Shown piece by piece: positions 44,484 to 46,266 of a stretch of DNA of 46,266 nt; position 1 is the first letter of the stretch, and every line of letters begins with the position of its first letter. Source of the DNA: an uncultured Candidatus Moduliflexus sp. (GTDB taxonomy: Bacteria > Moduliflexota > Moduliflexia > Moduliflexales > Moduliflexaceae); the NCBI GenBank assembly GCA_964498135.1, contig CAZCGG010000008.1, positions 1-46,266 on the forward strand. Direction: 5' to 3'. The notes under the pieces were generated by a model that searched no databases, was not told the DNA's origin, and saw nothing but the letters and a program-made list of their open reading frames with translations. A program made the position numbers and the translations under genes.

Positions 44484-46073
44484 TTACACCCCTGTTGCCA
44501 CAAAGACCGGCATGACGGTCACGCCCGTCTCATCGTCGAGAACCGGCGTCTCGAATTTATGACGATGTTCGTCGCTGATCGCCTCAATGAAAAACAGCAG
44601 CGTGATCTCTTGCAAGCGCAGTTGTTTGCCATACTGCGCGGCCTGTTTCACGGCATTCCGATATTCCGCCACGTCCGCGAACGTTTTCAGTTCAATGCCG
44701 TACATCTGCCCGCGATAGGTGATAATCAGGTCTATTTTGCCGTTGCCCGTCGGAAATTCCGGCCAGACGTTCGCGCCTTTGCCGCGCAAAAATTGATGTA
44801 AGTATAGGTAAAGATTGAAGTGATACACCGCCTCATAAATCCGCAAATCGGCGCGGCGCGGCGCATCCTGAAACAGCCAGCGGCTATTCTGCGTCAAATA
44901 TGCCTGATACCGCGCTAATAACGGCAGCAGACATAATGCATTTTCCGTAAAAATATCGGAGAGATCATCGAACGGATCGCTCATCCGTCCGATGTCATGA
45001 AACAATTCATCTGCAAAATAATTGAACAGCCGTTTTTGCACGAACGGGCAGAAAAATTTGACGTAACTCTGGGTCGGACTGACTTTATCGAGATCGATCA
45101 CACCGTTGAAATAAAGATAGTTTGTCGGCGGAAAATCGTATGCAAACGACGTTTTCCGATCAGTATCGAACAGACGCAGCACGAAATCTCGATACGGTCG
45201 CTGCTTGGCCTTGCTCAAAATATTCAAAATTGTGTTGTTGGGAAGCACGTTAATGGCTTCGGCATACACTTCATCGAATTTCGCCCGTGTAATCGGTTCG
45301 GGAAAGTTCTGGTTATACGTTTCAGTCAACAATTCGCCGAGCCAACCAATCAACCCCGGATGCCCATTCGTTTCGACAAACAGCCGCATAATCACGTCCG
45401 GCGCGATGGTTTGACCGCTTTCGCGCTGATACCAGTCGAACATGCCCTTCACTTCGTCAAAGGTAAGATTGGGAATGCGGACGCTGCGCTGAACGTTGAA
45501 CGGCGAGCCGGTCGTATTTTCGATGCCCAGCACGCTGCGGATGCCGATCAACGCGAGGCCGTGCAGCAGATACGTTTTTTCGGAGGATGGTTTCGCCTCG
45601 CTTTTTCGAGAAAGATAGAGATTCCGGCATTCGCTCGCAAATTTGCTGATGAATGATTCCTCTAAGGCGTCAAATTCATCAATAATCAAAATAAGCGGTT
45701 TTGACAAATACGTTCGAGTGAACAATTTGGGGAAATCATCCCACGTAATTCGTTCAGGGAAATTTCGATCCGAAAAATAGCGCAGTTCCCGCAGAAGAAT
45801 GTAAAGAATGGTTTCATGATTTTGCTCATATTTTGCGCTTTCGGCAGAAATCATGATGACATCGAATTCCGCGCTCTGCCGCAGACGTTTCACGACCTCC
45901 AGCATTGTCCACGTCTTTCCGGTTTGGCGCGGCGCCCAAATTGTCATGTAATGCCCGCCCTCATCAACCGGATCGCCGAGCAACTGCCGCATGGCGAAAT
46001 CAACCAGCGCCTCGCGCGGCGCGTAATATTCGGAGGCAGTCGAAACCGGGCCATACGAAGAAAATTTGCGCAT
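44484..46073 (-). CDS. ORC/AAA-ATPase-like domain fused to a C-terminal PD-(D/E)XK nuclease-like domain (paralog 2)
   Basis: Walker A WAPRQTGKTW, Walker B LILIIDEFDAL, and C-terminal GNGKIDLIITYRGQMYGIELKTF (D...ExK). The start was set at MRKFSSYGPV (46073). Confidence 0.75.
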   Translation of the reverse strand: MRKFSSYGPVSTASEYYAPREALVDFAMRQLLGDPVDEGGHYMTIWAPRQTGKTWTMLEVVKRLRQSAEFDVIMISAESAKYEQNHETILYILLRELRYFSDRNFPERITWDDFPKLFTRTYLSKPLILIIDEFDALEESFISKFASECRNLYLSRKSEAKPSSEKTYLLHGLALIGIRSVLGIENTTGSPFNVQRSVRIPNLTFDEVKGMFDWYQRESGQTIAPDVIMRLFVETNGHPGLIGWLGELLTETYNQNFPEPITRAKFDEVYAEAINVLPNNTILNILSKAKQRPYRDFVLRLFDTDRKTSFAYDFPPTNYLYFNGVIDLDKVSPTQSYVKFFCPFVQKRLFNYFADELFHDIGRMSDPFDDLSDIFTENALCLLPLLARYQAYLTQNSRWLFQDAPRRADLRIYEAVYHFNLYLYLHQFLRGKGANVWPEFPTGNGKIDLIITYRGQMYGIELKTFADVAEYRNAVKQAAQYGKQLRLQEITLLFFIEAISDEHRHKFETPVLDDETGVTVMPVFVATGV

Positions 46074-46120
46074 ATTGAATCGCCGCCGCCAAACACGCCG
46101 AACGTGTCTGGCGCGGCGCA

Positions 46121-46266
46121 TTATTGCATCAACTTTTTGACGCGAGCGATGATTTCCTTCATTTCCGCGCCGCTCACGGAATTGGCAATGCCAAACGCCG
46201 CGCCGTTCGCCGCGTCCATGATGCCCGCCGACACGACGCGGAGAATCGAATCCGCGTATTGATTAT
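46121..46266 (-). CDS. 3' end of an unidentified gene continuing beyond the window
   Basis: The reverse strand reads ...NQYADSILRVVSAGIMDAANGAAFGIANSVSGAEMKEIIARVKKLMQ*, with the stop at 46121-46123. Too short to assign a family. Confidence 0.3.
   Translation of the reverse strand, partial: NQYADSILRVVSAGIMDAANGAAFGIANSVSGAEMKEIIARVKKLMQ

Overview
46.3-kb stretch of a GC-rich diderm bacterial chromosome. All calls rest on reading the ORF translations and the DNA by eye; no searches were run. Housekeeping backbone: sugar-type substrate-binding protein, Cache/HAMP/PP2C sensor phosphatase, rhaA plus a class II aldolase, psd, znuA / metallophosphoesterase / znuC / znuB, a YbhFSR-like ABC-2 exporter, a DegT-family aminotransferase, carB, a secreted CPHC thioredoxin-fold protein, a DUF374-like protein with lpxB, lepA, a phasin-like protein, a TPR lipoprotein, a UMF1-type MFS transporter and two glycosyltransferases. 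AT-rich accessory insertions and several families of palindromic intergenic repeats interrupt this backbone. Items most worth a second look: (1) 1-4773, a polymorphic-toxin-style array. One resident and two orphan C-terminal cassettes share a patchwork B-repeat homology block. Cassette 1 is a NodB deacetylase with a HEAT-like secreted partner. Cassette 2 is a Cys-His-Asp transglutaminase/papain-like module with a secreted partner. Cassette 3 is a truncated stub. (2) 37487-46073, a same-strand cluster. An effector-less STAND NTPase-TPR protein with an internally swapped AT-rich block sits between two paralogous ORC-like ATPase / PD-(D/E)XK nuclease fusions, each followed by a glycosyltransferase. 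(3) An AT-rich type II restriction-modification cassette inserted inside the znu operon. (4) An AT-rich islet holding a PIN-first, translationally overlapped three-gene module. (5) An internally deleted mazF/pemK beside an intact antitoxin. (6) A ~145-bp MITE-like element with TA-flanked inverted termini and a hairpin core that shows compensatory base changes. No rRNA, tRNA, CRISPR array, transposase or integrase was recognised.
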